A DNA stretch of 64,000 nt from an uncultured Chloroflexia bacterium (GCA_963724295.1 CAVRUC010000002.1:256001-320000), one strand, 5' to 3'; positions 38,744-49,216 are shown, numbered from the stretch's first letter. Numbers and translations: made by a program. The notes: generated by a model from the letters alone, not told the origin.

Positions 38744-38893
38744 GTAGGGGCGACGCCTGCGTCGCCCGCGGCAGCCAGTTCAGCCAGATTCGAGGAGCGG
38801 AAGCCCGCTGCCGACGAACCGCGCAGCGTCTTAAAGTGTTGCCATATCGAGACGCGTTGAATGAGCGCGGGCGACGCACTTGCAGGCGTCGCC
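38744..38893. repeat. GTAG-type REP doublet, copy 1
   Basis: GTAGGGGCGACGCCTGCGTCGCCC ... GGGCGACGCACTTGCAGGCGTCGCC; 38767-38893 repeated at 39945-40075. Confidence 0.8.
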
Positions 38894-39914
38894 TGAGTGG
38901 GAGGGGCTGGGGAAGGGCGTAGAGGGGAGGCGGGGGCGGGCGACAGTGTGGGTGAGGCGTCACAAGGCGGTGCGCGGCGAGGAGCGGCTCATTGTCCATC
39001 CGGTCCGTGCAGGAGGTCTCCGATGTTCATCGGCATCGATGTCGGCCGCGAGTACCTCGACGCGGCGCCACGAGGCGGCGCGGCGCTGCCGCGGCGCGTG
39101 CAACACCGCGAGGGCATCGCCGCGCTGGTCGCGGCCTCAGCACCTCGCCGCGACCTGGTGGTGCTGGAGGCGACTGGCACCTACCACGGCCCTGCTGGCG
39201 GCCTGCTGCGGCGAGCTGCCGGTCGCGTCGTCAATCGCGCAGGTGGCGCTTCCGCACAGCCGGCTGGGCCGGCACAAGACGGATCGCGCCGATGCGAGTT
39301 GCTGGCCGCTTCGCGGGCTGCACAGGAGGAGCTGCGCCGCGCACGCGGAGAGCCAGATGGCGCGGTTGCGTGACTGGTGGCTACGGGACGATCTGGTGGC
39401 CGGCGCACGGCCATGCGCAACCAGCAGCAGCCGCGCGTGGGCCGGGGAAGCGGCGGTGGTGGCCTGGCTGGAGGCCGACCTGCGGGCATCGCGGCGCGCC
39501 TGACCGAGGTGGAGCAGGCGATTGCGATCTGCTGGCGACCCGGTCCGAGACGGCGGCCTCACGGCCCAGGTCGGCGTCGGGCTGATGACCGCCGCTGCGG
39601 TGCTGGCCTATCTGCCGGCTGGGGTGCTGGGCAATCCCAAGGCCGCAGCGGCCTATGCCGGCGTCCATCCCGCCATGAGCAGTCCGGGCAACGGGACCGC
39701 AGTCGCCTCAGCAAGCAGGGCCGTCCTGCCTTGCGCCGCTATCTCTATCTGGCGGCCTGGCGGCCATCGCTGGGACCGAGATCGCGGCCTGGCATGGCCG
39801 CCTGCGGGCGCGTGGCAAGGCGGCGCGCAGCGCCACCTGTGCCGTGGCCACAAACTGCTGCGCCAGCTGATGGGCAAAACCAAGGAGGCGACGCCGGGAT
39901 CGAGCTCCATGCCT
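38893..39914 (+). mobile_element. IS110 family element; transposase (ATG 39023) heavily frameshifted
   Basis: MFIGIDVG, VVLEATG, HKTDRADA, GVGLMTAA, AYAGVHP, QSG, LSKQG...LRRYLYLAA across frames; GCCT at both junctions. Confidence 0.85.
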
Positions 39915-39922
39915 AACTTACA

Positions 39923-40080
39923 AGGGGCTGACGCAGGCGTCGACCGCGGCAGCCAGTTCAGCCAGATTCGAGGAGCGGAAGCCCGCTGCCGACGAACCGC
40001 GCAGCGTCTTAAAAGTGTTGCCATATCCGAGACGCCGTTGCAATGAGCGCGGGCGACGCACTTGCAGGCGTCGCCCCTAC
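39923..40080. repeat. GTAG-type REP doublet, copy 2
   Basis: Degenerate left palindrome, same ~105-nt spacer, right palindrome ending GCGTCGCCCCTAC. Confidence 0.8.
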
Positions 40081-40088
40081 GATCAGAG

Positions 40089-40601
40089 CTACACCCCGTA
40101 CCTCGTTCGCGCCTTGCTGGTCACCGTGATTGTCTCCAGTCCACCATCGACTCCCGGTTTGCGCGCGATGAAGCCGCGCCGGGCCTGCTCCGCGATCCAG
40201 GCGTCGTCAAAACCATGGGTCGAAGCCAGGAGGGAGAAGTCCTCGGCCGGAAGCGTCGGTTCGGGGTCGACCGCCGCCGCGTAGAAGTCGTGTCGCGTCC
40301 GTTCCGCCGCGGTCTCAGGGTTCAGCACCAGCCGCTCGACGACCGTGCCGGCGGCGAGCGCGTCGACCAGCTCGGGGATATCCGCTTTGGCCACCCCGGA
40401 GTAGATCACGCCGTCCGGGTAGACCACGATATTCGGCCCGATGTCGCACAGATCGATGGTGCCGCAGTTGTTGACCAGAATCGCCTTGTCCAGACCCCGC
40501 CGCAGCACCTCGCGCCGCAACAGCATCAACACGTCATTGGCGCCCTTCGCCGCGCAGTGCGACGCCGTACAGGCCAGAACGTGCTTGTGGGTCCAGTACA
40601 T
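40089..40601 (-). CDS. Thioredoxin-like [2Fe-2S] ferredoxin domain protein
   Basis: HVLACTASHC...CGTIDLCDIGPNIVVYPDGVIYSGV. Confidence 0.8.
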   Translation of the reverse strand: MYWTHKHVLACTASHCAAKGANDVLMLLRREVLRRGLDKAILVNNCGTIDLCDIGPNIVVYPDGVIYSGVAKADIPELVDALAAGTVVERLVLNPETAAERTRHDFYAAAVDPEPTLPAEDFSLLASTHGFDDAWIAEQARRGFIARKPGVDGGLETITVTSKARTRYGV

Positions 40602-40612
40602 GAGGCTCCCGA

Positions 40613-40760
40613 GTCGGTAAGTCGGTAAGTCGGTAAGTCGGTAAGAAGAATAGCGAGCCGTAGGTCGCGCGTCAGTAATCCGGATCGATCCGCCAATGAA
40701 TCGCCCGTAGCGTCGGAGGCGAGGTCTATTTCTACTTACCGACTTACCGACTACCGACTC
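40613..40760. repeat. Inverted pair of octamer arrays (GTCGGTAA)x4 / (TTACCGAC)x~3
   Basis: Visible at 40613-40645 and 40735-40760. Confidence 0.85.
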
Positions 40761-41091
40761 ACCCATATCGGTACTGAATACCAAACCCACCCCGTGGGTA
40801 GGTCCACTCGATGTTGCGGAACTCGTGGCAGACGATGCGACAGGTGCCGCACTCGACGCAGCCTTCATACGAGAAGATCACCCGGCCATCATCAGCCGGC
40901 ACATAGCAGTTCGCCGGACAGCAGTTGATGCATTGCTGGCGCACGCAATGCAGGCAGACGTCGTGGTCGATGATGCGGATGTGCGCCCGCGATGCATCGA
41001 CGTTGTAGGTGTTGAGCGCCAGCTTGCGCTCGATGGCGGCCGGGTCGAGGATGCGGGCACGGGTCGGCGCCTCGGCCTCCGCGACAGTCAT
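40759..41091 (-). CDS. fixX: FixX-like ferredoxin
   Basis: HIRI..C..C....C...CPANCY...FSYEGCVECGTCR..C...WTYPRGGFGIQYRYG. Confidence 0.85.
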   Translation of the reverse strand: MTVAEAEAPTRARILDPAAIERKLALNTYNVDASRAHIRIIDHDVCLHCVRQQCINCCPANCYVPADDGRVIFSYEGCVECGTCRIVCHEFRNIEWTYPRGGFGIQYRYG

Positions 41092-41121
41092 GACAGGGAC
41101 CTTTCCAGTGGGTGAGAACGT

Positions 41122-42501
41122 CTACGATTCACGTAACGCGCGCGGGAGTTCCAGACCCTCCGGCCATTCACCCCACCGCACGCCCTCGATCGACTCGTCA
41201 TCATCGGGTCGCCGGCGAGAGCGAATAAGGGAGAAAAGCCCGGCAATCAGGGCGATCAGGACGACGAGACCCAGGATGATCGTTCCGGACGCGAGCGCGA
41301 GTCCCTCGCCAATCGTTGCCCAGGGGGAGGCGCCGCTATCGTCACCGAACCGGGTTGTCCCGGTCGCCCCGATCTGTTGCGCGTCTGCGAGGAGATCTTC
41401 GCGCCAGCGGCGATCGAGCTCCTCGAAGCTAATGCCGAGCCCCTGCTGCACCGCATCTTCGTAGGTGACGCCTTCTTTCAACGTTGCCAGCAGCTTGGAC
41501 ATCCCTTCATCGCCCCAGGTATCGAGGATGTACATCACCGCCGAGAGGCTGAAGGCATAGGAGGCCGTGGCGCCGTCCCGATCATAGGGAAAGGTGCCGT
41601 TCAGCGTGCGCAGCGGAGGCACCTTGCCGCTTGCGGCGAGCTCCAGCGCGTAGGAGTAAAAGCGGTCGCGCCCGCTCTCTTGCCAATAGACCGCCAACCC
41701 TTCGTCGAGCCACTGCGGTGGACTATTGAAGGCGTTGTCGGTGGCCTGATACAGCACCTGGTGGCTGATCTCGTGCGGAACGACCCGGGTGACTTCGTCA
41801 TAGTCCCCAGGCGGCAGCACCGCCATGATCATATGTAGCGGTGGGTAGGCCGCGCCGGCGATCCACTGCTCCGAGTTAGGCGCCAGCGCGCCGTAGAGGT
41901 GTTCCTTGTCAGCGTACGCCCAGACGCGCACCGGCTGCTCCAGCCTGGCCCCATACGCTTCGGCGAGACTGGCAATGGTCCTCTCGGCTGCGTCGAGGAT
42001 CGCCTGCTGGAAGTTCGGGTCCGCATCGTAGGTGTAGACGGTTACATTCGGGCCGCTGAGCGGCGCCCAGTCGTAGCGGTCGTCGGCCCAGAGGAGCGTT
42101 TGCTCGGGGGTTTCGACAACGTCCCCGTCTTCCTCGGTGATGCGCCAGCGGTACTGGACATCGACGCCAGGCGGTAGCTGTCCGGAGCGCAGGTCAACCG
42201 GATGCTCGATCTCGAGATCAGTCGCCCCGGGGGTAATGGACGGCAGCTCGACAGAGAGGGTCTCCACACCCGGCTCCCGGTAAAGCAACTCCACATTCGC
42301 AATGGGGTCGCTCGATTGGGCGTCCAGGGTGAACGTAATTCCCTCCGGGAACTCAGCTGTCGCCTCGTTGCGCGCCACCGCGAGACCGGGGATAGCGGCC
42401 GGAGCGGCATCTTCAACGACGTCTTGGGCCAGTGCCGGCGCGAGCGGGATAGCGCCAGCCAGGATCACGAGCAGGAGGAGGATGCGCATCAGTCTGGTCA
42501 T
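41122..42501 (-). CDS. Peptidase MA-like metallohydrolase, signal peptide and C-terminal TM anchor
   Basis: HEISH...PQWLDEGLA; ATGA overlap with prfB stop. Confidence 0.85.
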   Translation of the reverse strand: MTRLMRILLLLVILAGAIPLAPALAQDVVEDAAPAAIPGLAVARNEATAEFPEGITFTLDAQSSDPIANVELLYREPGVETLSVELPSITPGATDLEIEHPVDLRSGQLPPGVDVQYRWRITEEDGDVVETPEQTLLWADDRYDWAPLSGPNVTVYTYDADPNFQQAILDAAERTIASLAEAYGARLEQPVRVWAYADKEHLYGALAPNSEQWIAGAAYPPLHMIMAVLPPGDYDEVTRVVPHEISHQVLYQATDNAFNSPPQWLDEGLAVYWQESGRDRFYSYALELAASGKVPPLRTLNGTFPYDRDGATASYAFSLSAVMYILDTWGDEGMSKLLATLKEGVTYEDAVQQGLGISFEELDRRWREDLLADAQQIGATGTTRFGDDSGASPWATIGEGLALASGTIILGLVVLIALIAGLFSLIRSRRRPDDDESIEGVRWGEWPEGLELPRALRES

Positions 42502-43617
42502 GCGGAGCTTGTCCTTGCCTCGGAAAGCTGTTGATGCAGGTAGGCCTCGATGAACGGGTCGATCGCGCCGTCCAGCACCGCCTGGGTGTCGCCGACGCTG
42601 ACCTCGGTGCGGTGGTCGGTCACCTGCGTGTACGGGTGGAGCACGTACGAGCGAATGCGGTTGCCGAATCCGGCCGCGGTGTGCTCTCCCTTGATGCGGG
42701 ATCGCTCGTCCGCCTCCTCGTTCATCTTCCGCTCCAGGAGACGGGCACGCAGGATCTTCATCGCGCTCTCCCGGTTCTGGATCTGGGAGCGCTCGTTCTG
42801 GCAAGTGACGACGATGCCCGTCGGGAGGTGCGTGATGCGCACCGCCGACGACGTCTTGTTGACGTGCTGACCGCCGGCCCCGGACGCGCGATAGGTATCG
42901 ATGCGCAGATCATCATCGCCGATGGAGATCTCGTGATCATCCTCGATCTCGGGAAGAACCTCGACCAGCGCGAACGCGGTGTGACGCCGGTGCGCGGCAT
43001 CGAACGGTGAAAGGCGCACCAGACGGTGCGACCCCGCCTCCGCCTTGGCATAGCCGTAGGCGCGCGGCCCGCGAATCTCGATCGTGGCGTTCTTGATCCC
43101 CGCTTCCTCGCCGTCGGAGGTATCCAGAATCTCCGCCTTTAGCCCGCGCCGCTCGGCCCAGCGCACGTACATACGGGATAGCATCTCAGCCCAGTCCTGA
43201 GCGTCGACCCCGCCTTCGCCGGAGTGAACGACGAGGATGGCGTCGGAACTGTCGTAGGGTCCGGAGAGGGTCGAGTCCAGCTCGAACTGCTCGACCTCCT
43301 CCAGGAGCTTGGCGCCTTCCCGCAAGAGCTCGGCGGCGAGCTCCTCGTCGTCCGCCGCAAGCTCCTGGAGCACGGCCATTTCCTCGGTCTGAGCCAGCAG
43401 CCGGCGCCACTCGCCAACTTCGTTGCGCATCTCACCCAAACGGCGCATCTGCGCCTGGGCAGTGCGGGCGTCGTCCCAGAATCCCGGTTCGGCGCTCTGG
43501 GCGTCGAGTGCGGCGATCTCTTGCTCTATCGTGGCCAAGTCAAAGACGCACCCCGAGCCGGTCGAGACGCTGACGGATGCTGTCGAGATCGACGGCTTTT
43601 TCGGTGGTAGACATCAT
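42498..43617 (-). CDS. prfB: Peptide chain release factor 2 with programmed +1 frameshift
   Basis: GGGG-TGCGT-CTT TGA C at 43554-43539; SPF and GGQ motifs. Confidence 0.97.
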
Positions 43618-43745
43618 CTGTGCAATCTGCTCCGCAATTGAAGAAGTGGCATAGCGGCCGAGATCGGCCCAAGATCGAAAGTATAGTCGCCCCCTGTGGT
43701 CCTCGTTTGATTGTTGCCGCGGAAGTCGCGTGGAGAGCGATCCCG

Positions 43746-44237
43746 ATGACGGACATAGCAATCGCCTCGGATCACCTGAACTATCGCGTGGCGGGAGTCT
43801 GCGTCCACGATGGGCACGTCCTGCTCCACCGGGAGGTGAAGGACGATTTCTGGGTTACACCGGGCGGCCGTCCCCACCTTTACGAGCCCTCTCAGGATGC
43901 GCTGATCCGGGAGATGGACGAAGAGATCGCGACGCGCGTCGAGGTCCTTCGTCTCCTCTGGGTTGTCGAGAACTTCTTTGAATATGCTGGTAAACAGTGG
44001 CATGAGATTGCGTTCTACTATCAGATGTCGCTTCCGGAGGATTCTCCCTATCGTGACGTCGGGGTGGACTTTACGGGCCGGGAAGGGGACGTGACGCTCC
44101 TGTTCCACTGGTTTCGGATCGACGAGATCGCGCGAGTCCGCATCTATCCCACGTTTCTGAGGACCGCGCTCAGCGCGATTCCCAATTCCCCGGTCCATAT
44201 CATCCACATCGATCAACCGGACGAGCCGGGTGTCTGA
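43746..44237 (+). CDS. NUDIX hydrolase
   Basis: PGGR....E....ALIREMDEEI Nudix box. Confidence 0.88.
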   Translation: MTDIAIASDHLNYRVAGVCVHDGHVLLHREVKDDFWVTPGGRPHLYEPSQDALIREMDEEIATRVEVLRLLWVVENFFEYAGKQWHEIAFYYQMSLPEDSPYRDVGVDFTGREGDVTLLFHWFRIDEIARVRIYPTFLRTALSAIPNSPVHIIHIDQPDEPGV

Positions 44238-44354
44238 TACACGCAGCAGAGACGCGGATCGCAAGCCAGCCTCCGTAAATGCCTTTCGCCCCGCTGCTAT
44301 GCTCCTGGGTATAAGCGCGTGTGGAACACCGGGGACGAGTTGGAAAGGAACGAC

Positions 44355-45221
44355 GTGGCGGACGGGATGCTCGTCGGGGTGCAGACGCCGACACAGCGGC
44401 CATGGCCGGAACTGGCCAAACAGTGGGCATGGTTGGAGCGGCTCGGCTTCGACAGCCTCTGGCTGGCCGATCACTATGTGCCACCGTTCAAGCTCGATGG
44501 TCCGATCTTCGAGCCCTGGACGCTCCTGGCGGGTTTGGCCGTGCATACGGAGCGTGTCCGCATCGGGGTGCTCGTATCCTGCAATACCTTCCGTCACCCG
44601 CCGTTGGTGGCCAAGGAGGCGGTCACGGTCGACCACATCTCCGGTGGACGGCTCGAATTTGGACTCGGCGCCGGGTGGTTCGTCCCCGAGCATGAGATGT
44701 TCGGCATCCCCTTCCCCGCGAACGCCGAGCTGATCGGGCGCTTCCGCGAGGCGGTCGAGATCTGTCACCAGCTCTTCACGCAAGACATCACGACCTACGA
44801 CGGGACGTACTACCAGATCCGCGACGCGCCGTTCCGGCCCGCGCCGCTGCAACAGCCGCGGATGCCCTTCACCCTCGGCGCGCACGGGCCGCGCATGATG
44901 CGCATCGTGGCCCGCTACGCCGATCGGTGGAACTCGACCGGCTCTATCGCCGAGATGCGGGAGCGCAACCGCCTGCTGGACGAGGCCTGCGCCGCGGTGG
45001 GGCGGGATCCCAATCAGATCCTGCGCTCGCACCTCTATGTCCCGGCGATTCTGCCGGACGAGCATCCCTGGGACTCTCCGGACGCGCTGCGCGACTTCAT
45101 GGGCCGCCTGCGTGAGATCGGCATCCGCGAGGCGATCATCCAGATCCCACCGGACATCGATCCCGTCCAGGTCGAGCGCATCGCCGAGACGGCGGCGGAA
45201 TTGCGGTTGGTCGCCGCCTGA
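44355..45221 (+). CDS. LLM-class flavin-dependent oxidoreductase
   Basis: GFDSLWLADH, EPWTLLAGLA, FRHP..AK...VDHISGGR.EFGLGAGW. Confidence 0.92.
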   Translation: MADGMLVGVQTPTQRPWPELAKQWAWLERLGFDSLWLADHYVPPFKLDGPIFEPWTLLAGLAVHTERVRIGVLVSCNTFRHPPLVAKEAVTVDHISGGRLEFGLGAGWFVPEHEMFGIPFPANAELIGRFREAVEICHQLFTQDITTYDGTYYQIRDAPFRPAPLQQPRMPFTLGAHGPRMMRIVARYADRWNSTGSIAEMRERNRLLDEACAAVGRDPNQILRSHLYVPAILPDEHPWDSPDALRDFMGRLREIGIREAIIQIPPDIDPVQVERIAETAAELRLVAA

Positions 45222-45387
45222 TGCGGGATCCAGACCGGTCGATATCCGCGGTCCACATCATCGAGGTCCGCGGCCGCAGCATTTTGGAGGGCCAGCAAGG
45301 CAGTGGCGGTGAGGCGAGCGACGCACCCGCGGGTGCGTCGCTCCTGCAACGATCCGCCGGCGCTGACCTCCAGGAATCTCCGATCGC

Positions 45388-46755
45388 CTAGCGACTCTCC
45401 TCGTGGAGGCCTGGCTCACGCCCCTGGCGCCCGCGTCGTCGCTGATCCTCCCGCAGTTGCGCCGACTTTCGAACGTGCGACCCGTAGGCGCTTGTCAGAG
45501 GAGCCGATTCCAGCATCATGGACTCGGCAAGATCGTCCTGAACCGACGCCGTCATCGGTGCGGCCGCCAGATAGGCCCGGGATTGCCGCATCCGGGCGCG
45601 TGACTCGGTGTAGCGACCCGCCCGATCCAGCTCCAGCCCGGCGCGCCGCTCCGCGGCCGCGCGCTGCAGCGCTGACCGCTCGACGACGAGGTCGTCGCGG
45701 GTCGCCGCCGCCACGTCCAGCGCATCTGCGCGCCGCAACGGATCCAGCGCGGCGTTGATCTCCCGGCGCGCGTCGGCTCGCGGGTCGGTCCAGCAGGCGG
45801 TGACGCCGACGGGCAGCTGGTCCCCAGCGGTGCCGGACCCGGCACGGACGGTGAACACCAGATCGATCTCGTCGCCGGCGGCGAGGTCGCCAATGGCGAC
45901 GTCGAGCGTATTCCCGCGGGTTTCGAGCGGGAACGCGGAGACGAGCTCGGCATCGACTCCAGGCGGGAGGGCCAGCGAGACCGTCAGACCGGTCGCCGCG
46001 ACACTGAACAGCTCCTGCAGCTCGTGGGCGAAGAACGCCCGCAGCCCGTCCGGGGCGGCGACGTACTGGAAGTTGCCACCCCCCGCTTCCGCCATCGCGC
46101 TGAGCAGTCCCTCGTCGAAGTCCTCACCCACGCCGACCGTGGTCGTGGCGATGCCGCGCCGCCGCAACTCGCCCGCGTGCCGCGCCAGCATCCCCGGATC
46201 GAGAATGCCGACGTTTGCCAACCCATCGGTGAGCAGGATGACGCGCCGGATACGCGTTGCCGTGGAGTCTGCGCCGGCGACGGGTGTCGCCTCGGCGAGT
46301 TGATGGCAACCGGCAACCCAGCCGCCGGAGAGGTAGGTCGACCCTCCGGGATCGACGCCGTGCAGCGCGAGCCGCAGACTGGCCTTGAGCCGGGGCGTCG
46401 CCGGAGCCAGCGGCTGCACGGTGTCGACCTCATCGTCGTAGACGACCAGCGCCGTGCGGTCGGCGTCCCGCAGCCGCGCCACCGCCAGATCAACCCCCTC
46501 CTTGGCGAGATCCAATTTGCCGCCGTGCATCGACCCGGAGCGGTCGAGGACGAACGCGACGTCGAGGGGCGCCGCCCGGCTGGTCTCACCTTCGTCCGTC
46601 GCGGCGATGACCCGCACCAGCAGGGTCGCCTCGCCACCACTAGCCGCGATCAGCGGCTTCTCCCACCGCGCCTCGACGCGGGCGCTCTTACCGCGCTCCG
46701 TGGTCTCGTGGTGATCGTTGGCGGCGTCCTGGCGCCGGGTGGGTTCGTTCGTCAT
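45388..46755 (-). CDS. VWA domain protein
   Basis: VLDRSGSM MIDAS, GGST, LLTDGLAN, GVGEDFDE. Confidence 0.9.
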   Translation of the reverse strand: MTNEPTRRQDAANDHHETTERGKSARVEARWEKPLIAASGGEATLLVRVIAATDEGETSRAAPLDVAFVLDRSGSMHGGKLDLAKEGVDLAVARLRDADRTALVVYDDEVDTVQPLAPATPRLKASLRLALHGVDPGGSTYLSGGWVAGCHQLAEATPVAGADSTATRIRRVILLTDGLANVGILDPGMLARHAGELRRRGIATTTVGVGEDFDEGLLSAMAEAGGGNFQYVAAPDGLRAFFAHELQELFSVAATGLTVSLALPPGVDAELVSAFPLETRGNTLDVAIGDLAAGDEIDLVFTVRAGSGTAGDQLPVGVTACWTDPRADARREINAALDPLRRADALDVAAATRDDLVVERSALQRAAAERRAGLELDRAGRYTESRARMRQSRAYLAAAPMTASVQDDLAESMMLESAPLTSAYGSHVRKSAQLREDQRRRGRQGREPGLHEESR

Positions 46756-46966
46756 GAAGGGCCTCCTTTGCTGATTCGAATCGGCTGCTCCACGTTCGGT
46801 CCGTGGCTGGCTGCGAAGTCAGTGCTCCCTCCCGCCAGCGCGACTGGCGCCTTGCCGGACGGCGGAGTTGGGCCGATCTGCATGCGTTACGGTCGTTTCG
46901 TAAGTCGCGAATTCGAGTGAGCGGCGCGGCTCGCATCGCCGCTGTGATGCTGTTCGCTCCGTGGCG

Positions 46967-47727
46967 TCAGCCGAAGACCTTTCTCGCCCAGCGCACGAGC
47001 CAATCGATCCGATCGCGATGGCGGCCATAGACCCGATCGGAGATCACCAGCTCTGCTTCGTCGCCGAGCGCGATGCGATGCCATAACCCGGTACCCGGAC
47101 TTGCCATGGACTCGTCAGGCCGCGCGGCATCGATGCGGAGGAGCGTGTCGGCCGTGGCCCCCGGCGCCGCGCTGGCTCGGGGATGAAATTCGATCGATCC
47201 ATGTCTGCCTCCGCCGGCGCGGCGGCCGCCGGAAACTGGAGCGCCATCGGCTCCGTTCGGTACTGCTCGCGAGACTCCAGCAAGGCGAGGTAATCCCGCG
47301 CCCCGGCTAGTGACTCGTCGTACAGCGTTCCGGATGCCGGCGACGTGAATGGCGCTGCCCGGTTATCGCTGGCCGCGAGCAGGCTCCTCACCTCGTCGTC
47401 GCTCAGCCCGGACAGGCGGCGGCGGATTTCCTTCAGCGGCAGATACGCCTCCTTCAGCCGCTGGATGAGCCGCAAGCGGTCGAGATGTCCCTCTGTGTAG
47501 GCGCTCCCTGGTCCCGAGCCCTCAGGTGGCGGCAGCAGACCCTCGGCGATGTAGTAGCGAACCGTGCGCACCGACACGTCTGCCGCCGCGGTCAGCTCGC
47601 TCAGCGTCAGCCGCTCGCCGTCCGCTGGTCGGCGGTCCAGCGCATCCTCATACCTGACGACATCCTCATCCCCGAGGACGGAGCGCTCGATTTCGCCATC
47701 CGATCGTTGACCGCTTTTACCAGCCAT
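46967..47727 (-). CDS. MerR-type HTH regulator, frameshifted near 47120
   Basis: LSEL...VSVRTVRYYI.EGLLPPP...Y...HLDRL; shifted frame gives WHRIALGDEAELVI...KVFG-stop at 46967. Confidence 0.8.
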
Positions 47728-47733
47728 GGCACA

Positions 47734-47762
47734 ATCATAACAGTGATACGTATCACTGTCAA
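47734..47762 (-). promoter_or_regulatory. Sigma70 promoter (likely leaderless) with 20-bp palindromic operator
   Basis: TTGACA-17nt-TATGAT-6nt-ATG; ACAGTGATACGTATCACTGT at 47740-47759. Confidence 0.85.
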
Positions 47763-47827
47763 TACTACGTCGCTGCTAGACTCGGGCGGTGTCAGATCGG
47801 AACGGAATGAGGGGATGTGGGCGGACG

Positions 47828-49078
47828 ATGGCGCGCTCTGATGGAGATGGCGAGCGACCCAGGGGCAAGCAGGCCGGGTTGCCCCTGGCGGGGGTAAAGG
47901 TCGTCGATCTGACCCGGGTGATGGTCGGTCCCTACTGCACCATGATGCTCGGTGACCTCGGCGCCGACGTGGTGAAGATCGAGATCCCGGGTCGCGGCGA
48001 CGACACCCGCCATTGGGGGCCGCCCTTCGTCGATACCGAGTCGGTCTACTACCTGTCGGTCAACCGCAACAAGCGCTCGATCGCCCTCGACCTCAAGCAG
48101 GACGCCGCCAAGGAGGCTCTCTGGCGGCTGATCGAAGCGGCCGACGTTCTGGTTGAGAACTTTTCCCCTGGTACGCTCGATCGGCTCGGGTTCGGCTACG
48201 AGGCGGTCAAGGCGCGCCGCCCGGAGATCGTCTACGCGGCCATCTCCGGATTCGGCCAGTCCGGTCCCGACTACCAGCGCACGGCGTACGACCTGATCGT
48301 GCAGGGCACCAGCGGCATGATGAGCATCACCGGCCACCCCGGCGGTCCACCGACCCGGCTCGGGGTCCCGATCGCCGACATCGGTGGGGGCATGTTCGCC
48401 GCGTACGCCATCGTGGCCGCGCTCTTCGACCGCGAGCGCAGCGGTGAGGGGAGCTACGTCGACGTCTCGATGCTCGGCGGCCAGGTGGCCCTGCTCACCT
48501 ACCAGGCCGGGCTCTACCTCTCCACCGGCGCCACCCCCGGGCAGCTCGGGAACGCCCACCCGATGATCGCTCCCTACGACACGTTCGCCACCGCCGACGG
48601 CTACGTGAACATCGCCGTCGGCAACAGCTCGCTCTGGGAGCGCTTCTGCACCGCGCTCGAGCTCGAATCGCTCATGGAGGAGGAGTGTTTCGCCACCAAC
48701 GCCGGTCGCTCGACAAACCGGCAGGCGCTCTACGCGACGCTGGAGCCGAGATTGCAAGCGTTCACCACCGACGAGGTGGTGCGCCGCCTCGATAACGCGG
48801 GTGTGCCCTGCGGTCCGATCCGGGACGTGGCGCAGGCGATGGACGATGACCAGACCCGCGCCCAGGATCTGATTCTCGAAGTCGAGCATCCGCGGATCGG
48901 TCCATTGCGGCTGTCCGGTGCTCCGTACCACTTCGATGGTGAGCCGGTGCGCGCCCGCCTCCCACCGCCGCTCCTCGGCCAGCAGACGACCGAGATCCTC
49001 GCCGAGGCGGGATTCAGTTCAGAGGAGATCCAGGCACTCATTGCATCGGGCGCCGCGCAGGCTGATGACGGCGGGTGA
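47828..49078 (+). CDS. CaiB/BaiF family CoA transferase
   Basis: PLAGVKVVDLT, DLGADVVKIE, NRNKRSIALDLK, ADVLVENF, AYDLIVQG. Confidence 0.93.
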   Translation: MARSDGDGERPRGKQAGLPLAGVKVVDLTRVMVGPYCTMMLGDLGADVVKIEIPGRGDDTRHWGPPFVDTESVYYLSVNRNKRSIALDLKQDAAKEALWRLIEAADVLVENFSPGTLDRLGFGYEAVKARRPEIVYAAISGFGQSGPDYQRTAYDLIVQGTSGMMSITGHPGGPPTRLGVPIADIGGGMFAAYAIVAALFDRERSGEGSYVDVSMLGGQVALLTYQAGLYLSTGATPGQLGNAHPMIAPYDTFATADGYVNIAVGNSSLWERFCTALELESLMEEECFATNAGRSTNRQALYATLEPRLQAFTTDEVVRRLDNAGVPCGPIRDVAQAMDDDQTRAQDLILEVEHPRIGPLRLSGAPYHFDGEPVRARLPPPLLGQQTTEILAEAGFSSEEIQALIASGAAQADDGG

Positions 49079-49216
49079 AAAAATGCACTCAGATCCATGC
49101 CCGCACAATGAGATCGTTGGTGCCCTCGACCGGGCTTTCGCTGAGCCGTTCGGTCGGTCTTGACTTCCCGCGAGACAGGTGCTTGAGAATTTGACGCGGA
49201 CGCCACCCAAGGGTAT

